Positions 25,271-37,831 of a stretch of DNA of 64,000 bases are shown one piece after another (positions within the stretch are counted from its first letter, which is position 1; the number at the start of each line of letters is the position of its first letter). Source of the DNA: Eledone cirrhosa (taxonomy: Eukaryota). Under the pieces are notes generated by a model, which was not told the origin of the DNA, ran no database searches, and saw only the letters and a list, made by a program, of their open reading frames with translations. The stretch is taken from positions 159,836,001 to 159,900,000 of the forward strand of contig OZ024743.1 in assembly GCA_964016885.1 (NCBI GenBank), given 5' to 3'. The translations under genes and the position numbers were made by a program.

Positions 25271-25428
25271 TAGCGTGTGTGTATTTGTATAAAATGATCG
25301 AATAAAAGAATAATTAAGGGGAAATAAAGAACGCAAATGAGGAACTAAGGAGATTACGAGTTGCAAACTACTTAGACTCACATAGACAGTGAGCGCGACA
25401 GAATACTCAATAAGTGAGACAGCTGTAT

Positions 25429-25503
<75 letters not shown>

Positions 25504-25521
25504 AGTGTGTGCGTGTGTGTT

Positions 25522-25647
25522 TTTGAAAAACGGAAAAGAATGACTAACTTGTAGTTGGTGTTCTAAACAATTTAATTATAAAATTATAAGATCAAGTTGT
25601 CTACAACACCAACTACAAGTGCAGTCATTCTTTTCCTTTTTTTCAAA
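25522..25647. repeat. Imperfect inverted repeat
   Basis: ggaaaagaatgact.acttgtagttggtgtt / aacaccaactacaagtgcagtcattcttttcc. Confidence 0.75.
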
Positions 25648-25706
25648 TATACCGAACTATACCAAGGATTTCACACATTTCACATTCTCTCTCTCTCTCT
25701 CTCTCT

Positions 25707-25810
25707 CAGAAAATCGTGTTAAATGTGAAAGCAGCGATTCTTTGTTTAAACTTTAAACTGCTCTTATAATAAATAAAAGTTTTCACTACGGTTTTTTATA
25801 TTTATATATA
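25707..25810 (+). mobile_element. Degenerate PLE pLTR fragment with decayed CAG-type HHR
   Basis: cagaaaatcgtgttaaatgtgaaagcagcgattctttgtttaaact matches 27980-28025. Confidence 0.6.
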
Positions 25811-25816
25811 TTTTAT

Positions 25817-26009
25817 AGAGTCAGGACCCAGATGGCTGAGCTCCCCCTATTTTAACAGCTAGATCCCAATGCTTTCGGATCTAGCGGTCAAAACGGCCGC
25901 AGCTCAGCGGTCGGGGTCCTGACTCTTTTACTATTACCCACTCTACTATCCTAAGTATCGAGTACTCTGGTGCGTTGTGGTCCACCTGGATCCTTTCCAC
26001 ACTTCCTTC

Positions 26010-26010
<1 letters not shown>
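25817..26010 (+). mobile_element. Short fold-back repeat family P (probable PLE pLTR remnant); other copies at 29203-29315(-), 53371-53572, 53585-53670(-), 53691-53830, 56134-56329
   Basis: Shared ctattacccactctactaccctaagtattgagtact..ggtccacctgg. Terminal palindrome agagtcaggacc...ggtcctgactct. All copies abut (TA)n. Confidence 0.75.
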
Positions 26011-26059
<49 letters not shown>

Positions 26060-26073
26060 GTATTTATTATTAT

Positions 26074-26288
<215 letters not shown>

Positions 26289-26357
26289 ATCCTTATCGAG
26301 CCCTCTTCGGATTATAGTCTTCACATTTATTATATATATATATATATATATATATAT

Positions 26358-26617
26358 TTCGTTTCTGAATTTGTTTAGCAAGATTCTTTATCTGAAATCG
26401 TGTGTTGAAACCGATATTGTTATACTTTGGGAGGGTCATGTTGCCAATAAGAAACACACGCACCAGTAACTTTCACTTCAATTTATTATATATTTATAAA
26501 TTTATAAATTTACAAATCTACAAATTTATAAATATATAAATATATAATAAATTGAAGTGAAACCATCTGGTGCGTGTGTTTCTTATTGGAACATGACCCT
26601 CCCAAAGTATAACAATA
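26358..26617. mobile_element. Neptune-like PLE 3' fragment with inverted partial copy
   Basis: Shares aattgaagtgaaa and ataaattt motifs with 8760-8810 and matches 35241-35410. Arms attgttatactttgggagggtcatg / catgaccctcccaaagtataacaat. Confidence 0.75.
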
Positions 26618-26618
26618 T

Positions 26619-26964
<346 letters not shown>

Positions 26965-27034
26965 CATTTAATGAATATTTTAATTCTACTTCGGTAGTTA
27001 GCATTTTTTCTCAGATCTGTCAATAATACACGGA

Positions 27035-27076
<42 letters not shown>

Positions 27077-27188
27077 TAAAAGGAATTCCAACTTTGTCTG
27101 ATATACTCGTTCTATTTACAATCCTTTAAAATTTAATATGGTATTAGAATGAAATAGTATGGTAGAATATTAAATTTTAAGTGTTAAT

Positions 27189-27227
27189 TGAACAAGTACT
27201 TTCATGCTTTCGCAATCTTCAGGTTCA
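27189..27227 (-). ncRNA. Minimal type I hammerhead ribozyme
   Basis: UGAAC-CUGAAGA-u-UGC-gaaa-GCA-u-GAAAG-ua-CUU/GUUCA. 5-bp stem I, GNRA-capped stem II, palindromic stem III AGUACU. Confidence 0.75.
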
Positions 27228-27403
27228 TAATGTGTGGTGACAGTCAAGTTTACAATTTTCAACTTATATATACATATATACATATATATATATATATAAA
27301 TATATGTATATATATATATATATATATATAAAATCTGTATATATATATATAAAAATATATATACATATATATATGTATATAAATATATATATATGTATAT
27401 ACA

Positions 27404-27457
<54 letters not shown>

Positions 27458-27687
27458 TAGAAGTTGTATTTAATTTGTTGGAAGTCCGACAAAGATAATA
27501 TTTAATACTGATTTAGAGCACTCAACAGTTAATGGAGTAAATAGTCATGGGTACGTCTCTATTTATAAAACAAACTTTGTATTTTATCTGATAAAACGTA
27601 CCAATGTTGTCTTGGTTTGGTTGCCCTTGAAATATATATAATAAAATAAATATGGTTTTATAAATATAGTTTCCATTTATTTAATAT

Positions 27688-27726
<39 letters not shown>

Positions 27727-27815
27727 GAATATGGGGAGAAGAATACTGCATGGTTGCACATGGATTACATATTATAAAATTAGTCCCTCATCAGTGATTT
27801 GCCAACGATCATTGG

Positions 27816-27926
<111 letters not shown>

Positions 27927-27974
27927 TAATAATAATAAATTTGAAGACTAAAATCCAAAGAGGGCTTGATAAGG

Positions 27975-28025
27975 AGTTTCAGAAGATCCCGTTAAGGGTG
28001 AAAGCAGCGATTCTTTGCTTAAACT
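27975..28025 (+). ncRNA. Type I hammerhead ribozyme, variant core CAGAAGA (second copy, in PLE pLTR fragment 27923-28050)
   Basis: AGUUU-CAGAAGA-uCCCguuaaGGGu-GAA-AGCA-gcgauucuu-UGCU-U/AAACU. Confidence 0.6.
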
Positions 28026-28711
28026 TTAATATGTTATTTTAATAAATATATATATATATATAAATATTCTCTTACACTTTTACATATTTCATTCATTAGA
28101 ATGTGAACCTAATTAGGCACCAACTGTATTAGGTCGATTGCATCATCCTCAGTACATATATTTTGAAACCTGTTACTTATCAATCACTTTTTTGTGAACC
28201 GCTATATAACGGGCCATAGACACTGATATAACCTTACACGTAGACACGGACGGTCACACACGCTCACATAGATGACGCGCCCCTACACGGTGAACTCCTT
28301 AAGCACTCGGCCATGCTTATGTGTATCTAATACATGCATACATGCCCACACACACACACACACACACATACACACATACACACACACACAGGCACACACA
28401 CAGGCACATACACACACACGCACACACGCACACTCACATGTATATATATATATGAGAGAATGAAAGAGTTAGGAAAAGAGAAAGAAAAATTGCTGCCTCT
28501 CCGTGTGCATGTGTGTGTGTGAGGAGAGAGAGAAAGCAAGGAAAAAAATGGAACGTACAAGGAAAGTAGGAATAAAACAATAAAAAAGTAAAAAATTAGA
28601 AAGACAGTTATTTAAATATAGAGGACGATGAAGTGATAATGAGTGAGAGAAAAAGTGAATAGTATATAACTGATATATAGCTTAGTTAAGTGAAAAGATA
28701 GATAGAGAGAT

Positions 28712-28791
<80 letters not shown>

Positions 28792-28803
28792 ATATATATA
28801 CAT

Positions 28804-28873
<70 letters not shown>

Positions 28874-29161
28874 TTATATATGGTATTATATAGAGAGAAT
28901 ATACGAGAAACTATTAGTTAACACTTCGGTTAAGGTGGGTTAAAATGTTCACTGTTAGTTAGAAATATCGCTCTCTGTTTCTCGCTCTCTCTCGCTTTCG
29001 TTCTGTCTTTCTTTCTCTATCTCTCTATCGGTCTTTCCCTCTCTCTCTGCCTCACGCTCTCTCTCTTTCTCCTTCTTTCACCATAAACACAGGACATGAA
29101 CACATACAAGGAAACAGCAATATAATATTTATATTCGCCACAGCCACACATAAACTCATAC

Positions 29162-29202
<41 letters not shown>

Positions 29203-29328
29203 AACGAAGGAAATGTCGTAAGGAACCAGGTGGACAATAACGCACCAAAGTACTCAATACTTAGGGTAGTAGAGTGGGTAATAGGAATGAGTAGGACCCC
29301 GACGACTGATTCTGGATATATATATATA

Positions 29329-29388
<60 letters not shown>

Positions 29389-29641
29389 ACAAGAATTTTT
29401 TCATACATCTGGAACCACTTTTTTTACATAAAACAGGTAGAATTTCCCAAACTAATCAGATTAGAGCAAACATCACGGGCGCTCTATCTCAAAATTATTT
29501 TTGAAAAGCATTAGAAATACGCAACCGGTAAAACTTAAAACCAAAACTGAATTCTAACCAATACTATTACTAATTTTTACTTATTCCTAATTAAACTATT
29601 TTTCACTGTGAACAATTTGACAGCATTTTCTTTTACTTTTA

Positions 29642-29694
<53 letters not shown>

Positions 29695-29771
29695 ATGTAT
29701 GCATGTATATATGTATGTATAATTTAAACAGAAATAACTACGCAATCGGTACAGTATATGGGAGGAATATA

Positions 29772-29812
29772 TTAGGTTAACGTTTCGGACGCTAATCCTT
29801 CATCAGAAGAAA
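29772..29812 (-). ncRNA. Minimal hammerhead-like motif
   Basis: CUGAUGA-a-GGA-uuagcg-UCC-GAAACGUUA with palindromic AACGUU. Stem I is not evident. Confidence 0.45.
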
Positions 29813-30027
29813 GAAAGAAAAATTAGAAAGATTGAAGGGATGGCCAGGGCGTAATCGGAAAACTTTGATATACATATTTATATATATATATATATATATA
29901 AATATATGTATAAAGAATTTATATCTTATAATATTTATATACATACAGATGCATATCAATGCTAGCAAATATATAGGCTTTGTCTTAGTAACATTGTGGT
30001 TCAATGCATGGGGTTGCAGAACAATAA

Positions 30028-30154
30028 TATGAGAGACGTAAGATAAGAAAATTATAAAATTATAAAAAAATTATAAAATTGATATTTTAGTAAGTAAGTC
30101 AATTTTATAATTTTTTTATAATTTTATAATTTTCTTATCTTACGTCTCTCATAT
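30028..30154. repeat. Perfect ~55-bp inverted repeat
   Basis: atgagagacgtaagataagaaaattataaaattataaaaaaattataaaattga / tcaattttataa...cttacgtctctcat. Confidence 0.9.
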
Positions 30155-30163
30155 AAATATATG

Positions 30164-30208
<45 letters not shown>

Positions 30209-30707
30209 GACGTGTTTATCCTAAGGTTATGGTTAATCCCAAGGTTATAGTAGAAGACACCGAAGTGGACGGATAATTTAACTGAATACAGATAAGATAG
30301 GACCCTGCCTGGTGACCCTGCAAGTGCACCAATGAAACTCCAGTTTTACAAGTCTCACTACGTAACCATAATAATGTTTACACTCTACTTCGGAATTTGT
30401 TGGCTATTTATGAAGGTACACGGAAAAACCCCGTATGTCTGAAACACCTGCTCCGATTTACGCGAAGCTTATTTATTCCATTTGTATTCCCATTTGAGAG
30501 GCAACTTCCTTTCAAAGTATGTTCCCAGTATGCGCCGTTTTGGCTGTATTACATTACAGAGAAGCACACAATCACAGAGTTTTAGTAGTATACTACACCA
30601 CTAATGGCCCGTTCTGTCACGTTCACTTAAAAATAATTTTTAAATAAATGAAATATACACGGACATGTCTCTCTTTCAATCTTCTCTCTCACAACCAGTA
30701 TGACAAG

Positions 30708-30855
30708 ATGGCAAATTGGTAGAGACTTTGGAACGTCGGATAGAATGCTTTGCGCTGTTCGTTTCAGCTCTCTACTCTCTGGGTGAAAGTCCCGCCGACT
30801 TCAACTTTGACTTTCATTAATTCGTGGTCAATTAAAACTAGTACTGGAGTGTATA
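30708..30855 (+). mobile_element. Old SINE copy
   Basis: tggcaaattggtagag...ccgccgacttcaactttgactttcat...aaactagtactgg. Confidence 0.55.
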
Positions 30856-31397
30856 TTTCTTCTATATCCGTTTCTCACTTCCACTCTCTATCCTCCTCTA
30901 TAAGAAATCTGCTGGAGAGGCTTCAACATACGCAATACACGCGCATGAGGAGTTACAGGACCATGCATGCATGCTATGCCTATACACGGTATGTATGAAT
31001 ATATATATATATATTAACTAGAAATTGATTGACATATAATTAAACATATGAAACAATCATAGTGGCTGTGAGAGAGTAGATTAATATATATATATATATA
31101 TATATATATAAAGAGAGAGCAGACTTGGAAAGACAATGCGAGAGAGAGCTGGTGGTATTGTTGAATGACATTTTAACAAGTGCCTTCAAACAATAGAATA
31201 CAGCATTACTGTCACATGTATCATATAACTTGTGATAGGAGAGGATGTGTGTAGCAAATATGACCTGCTAATTAGGAATGGTTTCTAAGTGAGTGTGTAT
31301 ATGTGTGTGTGTATGTGACCAGTGTATATATACACACCGATATATATATATATACATATGTAGACACAAACACACTCACACACACACACGCGCACAC

Positions 31398-31527
<130 letters not shown>

Positions 31528-31659
31528 TCCTTCCAATTACATTTTACATTATATACATGTCTGTGTATATTTTAATTATTTAAAAATTATTTTTAAGTGA
31601 ACATAACCCAACGGGCCTTGGGTGGTCTAGTATATATATACATATAAATATAATTTTAT

Positions 31660-31945
31660 ATAAGTATGTATACGTACATACATATATGTATACGGACGTA
31701 CAGTAGTATGTATATATATATATACATACATGCACACATATGTATATGTGCGTATGGATTCACCGAACATTTATTATAATGCTCGGTGTGTTTGTAAACC
31801 TTCCTGCCAGATGATTGAACGTCTGAAAGTATATTCTTTCCTTATGCATATTAACGGCTGAGTAGCCCAATTTGCATATCGAGTGGGTTAATCGGCTGGG
31901 TGCACGGAAAAAATGAAACGAAATTTCATTTCCCACTCTTAGTAC

Positions 31946-32018
<73 letters not shown>

Positions 32019-32125
32019 TGCTACTGTACGTCTGTATACATATATGTATGTACGTATACATACATACTTACATTTAAGTAAGTGCCATACTAAGAGTGAG
32101 AAATGAAATTTCGTTTTCATTTTAT
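31660..32125. mobile_element. HHR-deleted copy of the 425-bp retrozyme-like family plus inverted fragment
   Basis: 31660-31946 matches 63124-63265 followed by 63395-63500 and wraps into the unit start. 32017-32112 is an inverted partial copy. Confidence 0.75.
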
Positions 32126-32130
32126 TTCAA

Positions 32131-32173
<43 letters not shown>

Positions 32174-32804
32174 CTGTGGAGGGCGGTCGATTGAACAAGG
32201 ATTTTGAGACTAGAAATACTTAGTGAATTAAGCACTACCTGCTAGTCGGTACATCGATCTGCATCAATGAATGGACCCTTTGAAATGATCTTAAAACAAT
32301 GAAGTATCTCCCTGCGCCTGACTTCTTTTTTGGTTTGTCATTGTTCTATGCACAAACATATATATATATGTAAAAGAAATCAAAGAGGGCTTACATACTC
32401 AAACAGTTTTTATTTGCTGACAATGTTTCATCCATACCGTTGGTCAGGAATGATCGGAGCTTAATAAACAAAAATACAGTGCTGAGTATAAGCTCTACCA
32501 AGCTTAGTCACACAAACAATTGGAATACAATAGAGGGTAAACATAGGGAGATCGGAGATGGCAAATAAGGAGGGAGTACATGTTGGGGTTGTTATTAAGC
32601 ACTACAGCTAAATGCTAGGGTACAGGCAGATTTTTTGACAAGATGCCACACAAGTGATGGCACACAAAAGCAAAAGGGATAAACAATGGTTAAAACATAT
32701 AATAAAAAAGTAAAGGAAGATAATATAAAGAGATAAAAAATAAATAAAAATACGACACGGTGTGTTTATGCACATACGCTCCGTGCACTACGTAAAAAAA
32801 AAAA

Positions 32805-32912
<108 letters not shown>

Positions 32913-33337
32913 TGAGAGAGAGAGAGAGAGGGGGAGATATAGAAGAGAGAGAGAAATAGAGAGAGAGAGATAGACAGATGCATAGACAGAAAGATATATA
33001 GATAGGCAGATAAATAGATCGATAGTTAGATAGATTGGTATATCTGGCCGTTCCCTAGCATTGCCTCAGCCTCTCGGCTGGAACACGTGCTAGAGTAATA
33101 TAATATATATATATATATTTTTTTTTCAATCACATATATTTTTATTGTTTGACCCGAATTACTTGGTCGTTTATTTTGGCCGTGCGGATGATTTGTTTAA
33201 CCACCATCTCAGTGTGTTTGGCCCTTAACGTATAGTGTAGCTCTGATTCATATGAAACATCGAGCGCTTGCCACACATCTCGGAAGTTGATTTTCGTTAA
33301 TTCCCGAGCTGAAGTACGATTCTCGGTAATTTATATT

Positions 33338-33430
<93 letters not shown>

Positions 33431-33436
<6 letters not shown>

Positions 33437-33720
33437 GTTTGAATATGTGTAATAAGGCCAAGACAATGCAGGTATGGACATAGAAAAAAGAATGCAATAG
33501 TGAAAGATATTGATGTGAATTCGTCTTTCACCTTGAATTTATTTAAATGTCCTTATTAAAAAAAAAGAAAATTAAAAAAAAGTTTTAAAAAAAATTAAAA
33601 AAATTAAAATTAAATTCAAGTGAAAGACGAATTCACATCAATATCTTTCACTATTGCATTATTTTTTCTATGTCCATACCTGCATTGTCTAGCCTTATTA
33701 CACATATTCAAACGTTTATA
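33431..33720. repeat. ~110-bp inverted repeat between (TA)n tracts
   Basis: ataaacgtttgaatatgtgtaataaggc...ttgaattta (33431-33540) and its reverse complement (33611-33719), separated by an A-rich spacer. Confidence 0.9.
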
Positions 33721-33812
33721 CCTCATTACACAATGCTTCAAGTGAACTATAACCTCCTCCTTATATATATATATATATATATATAAAGGAATCTCCCTCA
33801 CGAAAAAGATAA

Positions 33813-33895
<83 letters not shown>

Positions 33896-34013
33896 CAAGC
33901 GTGTGTGTGGGTGTGCGTGCGTTAAGTATGTCCGTAGAAAAAATAAAGTAAATCAGAGTGCTCTATGAATAGTTCAGAGGTATTTAATTACATAAAAAAA
34001 CAACATTATAATT

Positions 34014-34085
34014 ATTCCACAACCAAAGGTTTCAAGAAACTAGACGATCCTTAAAGAAGCGTCCAGCTTGTTCATCAGATGAAAT
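34014..34085 (-). ncRNA. Type I hammerhead ribozyme
   Basis: AUUUCAU-CUGAUGA-ac-AAGCUGGACG..CGUCUAGUUU-cuu-GAAACC-uuu-GGUU/GUGGAAU. 7-bp stem I with G-U pairs, 10-bp stem II. Confidence 0.65.
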
Positions 34086-35000
34086 AATTATGTTTTGGAT
34101 ATATGTTTTGAAATTGTTATCTACTAAAATTGAAAGTGAGGCTGAGTTAAAATAACATGTTATAAAGGAAAAGATATATATATATATATACACACATATA
34201 AATATACATACATGTAGACACAACTAGAATTACATGCGAGCATGTATACGTACATCGATATACACTTTTACACAAATATAAAAGCGCAACATCCACATAT
34301 ACACGCTCATACACATGCACACATACATCCACACAGACACACAAACACGGGCACACGCACCCACACACACGCATATATATACGCGCACACATATATACAC
34401 ACAATATACATACATATATACTTACGCACATATATATATATATTTATACATACACACTATATATATGTATGTACATATATACATGCAGACAGACATATAT
34501 ACACATACATACGAGCACATATATTCATACAAAACAAAATATATACACACACTCACGATAATAAACACACGCATATTATATAGAGTAAAAAGGACAGCAT
34601 AGATATATTATAAGATTATAAAAACTAGCAGAAATCCCACCCTTCGTGTGGTTTTCTGTAGCATGCGTGGTGTGCATATTGATATTAGCCTCGCCATCCC
34701 CCGAAGCAACGCCTCACGTGCGCTGGCTTGACTAAAAAATCATTAGAGAGGTTTCCCCAGTAATCCTCGCGGCGCTGCTGTATTTTGCTCTGGTGTTGGC
34801 TCGGTTGTTCACCCGTTTCTATACATTTCTTTAATTCTTCGTACGGCTGTTGGCAACACTGTTGTGATTTGTGATTCCTTCACTCCCAAACAAGCATGCG
34901 TGCGCTTCCTGGGATGCTCAATCTTGGCTTGGCAGCCGTTGAGAATGGAGCTCCCGTTGAACGCTAACGCCATGTGCGAATTTTGCTCAGTTATTATATA

Positions 35001-35187
35001 CGCGGGCAATTCCAAAAGTAAGGTCTCCTTCTAGGAAAACATGCGTAAAGATCGGCGGATCACTTTGGATGCTCTCTGCATTTTGGTTCCTTAGGTTTCC
35101 CGAAGCACCATTCACAGGATTTTAACGGAAAAGTTGCAATATCGGAGTTGCAATATCGGAAGGAGACCTTACTTTTGGGATTGCCCT

Positions 35188-35189
<2 letters not shown>
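35001..35189. mobile_element. Mariner-type MITE
   Basis: About 30-bp TIRs cgcgggcaattccaaaagtaaggtctcctt / aaggagaccttacttttgggattgccctgg with TA on both sides. Confidence 0.8.
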
Positions 35190-35240
<51 letters not shown>

Positions 35241-35242
<2 letters not shown>

Positions 35243-35596
35243 CGTTTCTGAATTTGTTTAGCAAGATTCTTTATCTGAAATCGTGTGTTGAAACCGATAT
35301 TGTTATACTTTGGGAGGGTCATGTTGCCAATAAGAAACACACGCACCAGTTGCTTTCACTTCAATTTATTATATATTTATAAATTTATAAATTTACAAAT
35401 CTACAAACTTATAAATTTCTGGTTGGTTGGTTGGTTCCACAACCAGATAGTTGTTTATATATAGTCATAGTCCTTTCGTCACACACTCTGTGACCTCTTC
35501 AGTGACTGGGGATTCCTTTCTTTGTTTCTGTGCCTTTCCTTTCTTCTATCCTACGCCATTTTGTTTCTTATTGGCAACATGACCCTCCCAAAGTAT

Positions 35597-35602
<6 letters not shown>
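35241..35602 (-). mobile_element. Neptune-like PLE pLTR fragment with inverted 3' piece
   Basis: Matches 8820-8990 and 26358-26530. Inverted tail at 35561-35602. (TA)n on both sides. Confidence 0.8.
35463..35507 (-). ncRNA. Type I hammerhead ribozyme (homolog of 8893-8935)
   Basis: AGUCA-CUGAAGA-g-GUCAC-agagugu-GUGAC-GAAAG-ga-CUA/UGACU. Differences from the other copy fall in loops and at H17. Confidence 0.78.
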
Positions 35603-35656
<54 letters not shown>

Positions 35657-35985
35657 ATGAAAACAGGGAGAAAAAGACGATTATTAGGAAGAAAAATATT
35701 TTGTTTCCCCTTTTTATTTATTTCTCTCTTTTTTCTGGGTTAGAAAATGATTAAAACGAAATATTTTACTTTGTGTGAAGTGTTAAGGTATTAGTTGATT
35801 TATTTATTAATTAACAATGGCATTTATTTATTTATTTATATATTTGATAATTGTCTATTACCGGTTTCAGCATTGTTATGCCTTCTCTATTCTGTCCGCT
35901 GGGGCTGTGGGGAGGCCACCAACACGATTGACTGACTTGTCACTTTTATCAGTCAGATGTTTTCAGGACAGATATAGGGCACTCA

Positions 35986-36166
35986 TTGGCAGTATCGGTA
36001 GAGGGTCGGACGCCATGCTTTCCACCATAGTTACGTCCCTTTACGATCTGAGTTCAAATCCCGCCGAGGTTGACTTTGCCTTTCATCCTTACGGGGTCGA
36101 TAAAATAAAGTACCAGTAATGTACTGGGTATTTGCTGGCCTTGTGCCGAAAGTAGAAACAATTATT
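35986..36166 (+). mobile_element. tRNA-derived SINE
   Basis: TGGCAGTATCGG...GAGTTCAAATCC, core, tail agaaacaattatt. Confidence 0.85.
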
Positions 36167-36442
36167 TTTAAGGTTCCTTTATTCTAAGCAAATAAAGGGT
36201 TTTCATTAAGTGGATGTATTAACATTTCTGTTAAAGAATAAAACAGCTCTTGTCTGTAAAACACTTTTGCTGTGTGGCACCACTGCCACCAATTCCGACA
36301 CTCAGCTTCATTTTCTGCGACACTAAACGGGTGTGTAATGAACAGGTTCAAGAAAATTATTTCCCCTACCCATCGCTCTCCCTTTTGCACCACACCCAAA
36401 TTCAGTACCATCACTCACATAGTTTTGCCTTTATATAACACA

Positions 36443-36957
36443 TCTTCTTCTTCTTCTTCTTCTTCTTCTTCTTCTTCTTCTTCTTCTTCTTCTTCTTCTT
36501 CTTCTTCTTCTTCTTCTTCTTCTTCTTCTTCTTCTTCTTCTTCGCCCACTTAATCCTCAGAGGGTCGGGTGGGCAGAGTCTTCAACCACTCTTTCCAACG
36601 GGTTCGGTCAGAAGCAACCGTCTCCAACTGATTCAGCTCGAACACCAAGCGTGACCAGCCAAACTCATTGGTGTTATCCAACCATCTTGCACGGGGTCTA
36701 CCTCTGGGTTTCCTGCCGTTGGTTTGGCCCGTAAAATCTGTCCAGGGATTATTTCCTAAGATATTCTAACCACATGCCCATAGTATTGATGCTCTGATCT
36801 CTCAATTCGGGGAAGTAGCGGTTCTACCTGGAATGACTCTGATCTCCGAGCCATTCACTCTATCGAGTAACGTTACTTCAAAGACCCTTCGGAGGAACCC
36901 CATTTCGCCCGCTTGTATTCGTGATCGTATATTTTGGTCATTACGCAAGATTCATGT
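36443..36957 (-). mobile_element. RTE-clade (Rex3/Expander-like) LINE 3' fragment with (GAA)n tail
   Basis: Manual translation SRIQAGEMGFLRRVFEVTLLDRV..IERSEHQYYGHVVRI..RKPRGRPRARWLDN. (TTC)n at 36444-36543. Confidence 0.75.
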
Positions 36958-37291
36958 ATCAATATGTATATAATTGTGTATGTATATGCGTTGTACAATT
37001 GATCCTGGCTAGGCTAATTCCTTGCGTTTATCACAAGTGAAGCACAGTGATATTCTTCTTTTGGTGATCTTGTAATTCTGTTGCTCCTCTCCGTGTTATT
37101 CTCATGCCAAAATTAGTGGCGGAATTTTTCAAATGTTTTACCTTTTACATATGCTTTTGTCCTAGTGGCGGTCGCGGTGTCGTGGTGGTCATTGTAGTTG
37201 TGGGAACAACGTGGTTGTAAGATTTTCCTAGCTGTTTTCTTTTTTCTTTTTTACTGATTCAATGTCAGTAACATCAGTCAATGAATAGGTT

Positions 37292-37382
37292 GATATCTCC
37301 GTTAAGCTAAGTAGTTATAATAGATATCTCCGTTAAGTTAAGTAGTTATAATAGATATCTCCGTTAAGCTAAGTAGTCATAA
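37292..37382. repeat. 31-bp tandem repeat x3
   Basis: gatatctccgttaagctaagtagttataata repeated. Confidence 0.9.
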
Positions 37383-37753
37383 CACCGGGAATGTATGTTG
37401 TTGGTTTGTTTTGTGCTGTGACCGCTAATATCAAACTGTTTTTATTGCTTATAGCTAATAGCAAGCTGTCACTGTATTCAGTGTTTATTTTTTGTCAAAA
37501 AAACAAATAAAGGCAATTTTGAAATTTTTCGGGGACTTAGAGGAAGATAAAACTTTGAACGGCACCCACGAGTCTGTAACAAGCGGAAAATTATTGTGGC
37601 TTTTTCAGAACTTGTCCAATCGTATACGGAAACAAATGATGTCATTTTTGTCCAATCGCTGTCGGTGTAAATATGCAAAATTGGAGAAAAACTTACAGTA
37701 GAATGAAACAGTGTATTTAAAGTGTCACCGTCTCTAATGTTATTTTAAAGTCA

Positions 37754-37830
37754 CACTGTCCCTGTCTTTTTGTATTGTCCCCTATATGTAGGCCCTAGTG
37801 GTCAATAAAGAAATTGTTATTACTATTATT
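37754..37830 (+). mobile_element. Extreme 3' fragment of the L1/Tx1 family
   Basis: cactgtccctgtctttttgtattgtcccctatatgtaggccctagtggtcaataaagaaattgttatt matches the reverse complement of 2424-2485. acactg flanks both sides (possible TSD). Confidence 0.75.
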
Positions 37831-37831
37831 A

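Noticed and set aside
27760-27800. Isolated CTGATGA-like motifs (also 63031, 30310, 33243)
   Set aside because: No properly placed GAAA with paired stems.
35986-36065. tRNA gene
   Set aside because: The A and B boxes belong to the SINE head; no cloverleaf.
37292-37382. 31-bp repeats as a CRISPR-like array
   Set aside because: No spacers, eukaryotic context; a simple minisatellite.
37470-37713. CACTG...CAGTG bounded MITE
   Set aside because: The inverted match is only about 6-9 bp and there is no clear TSD.
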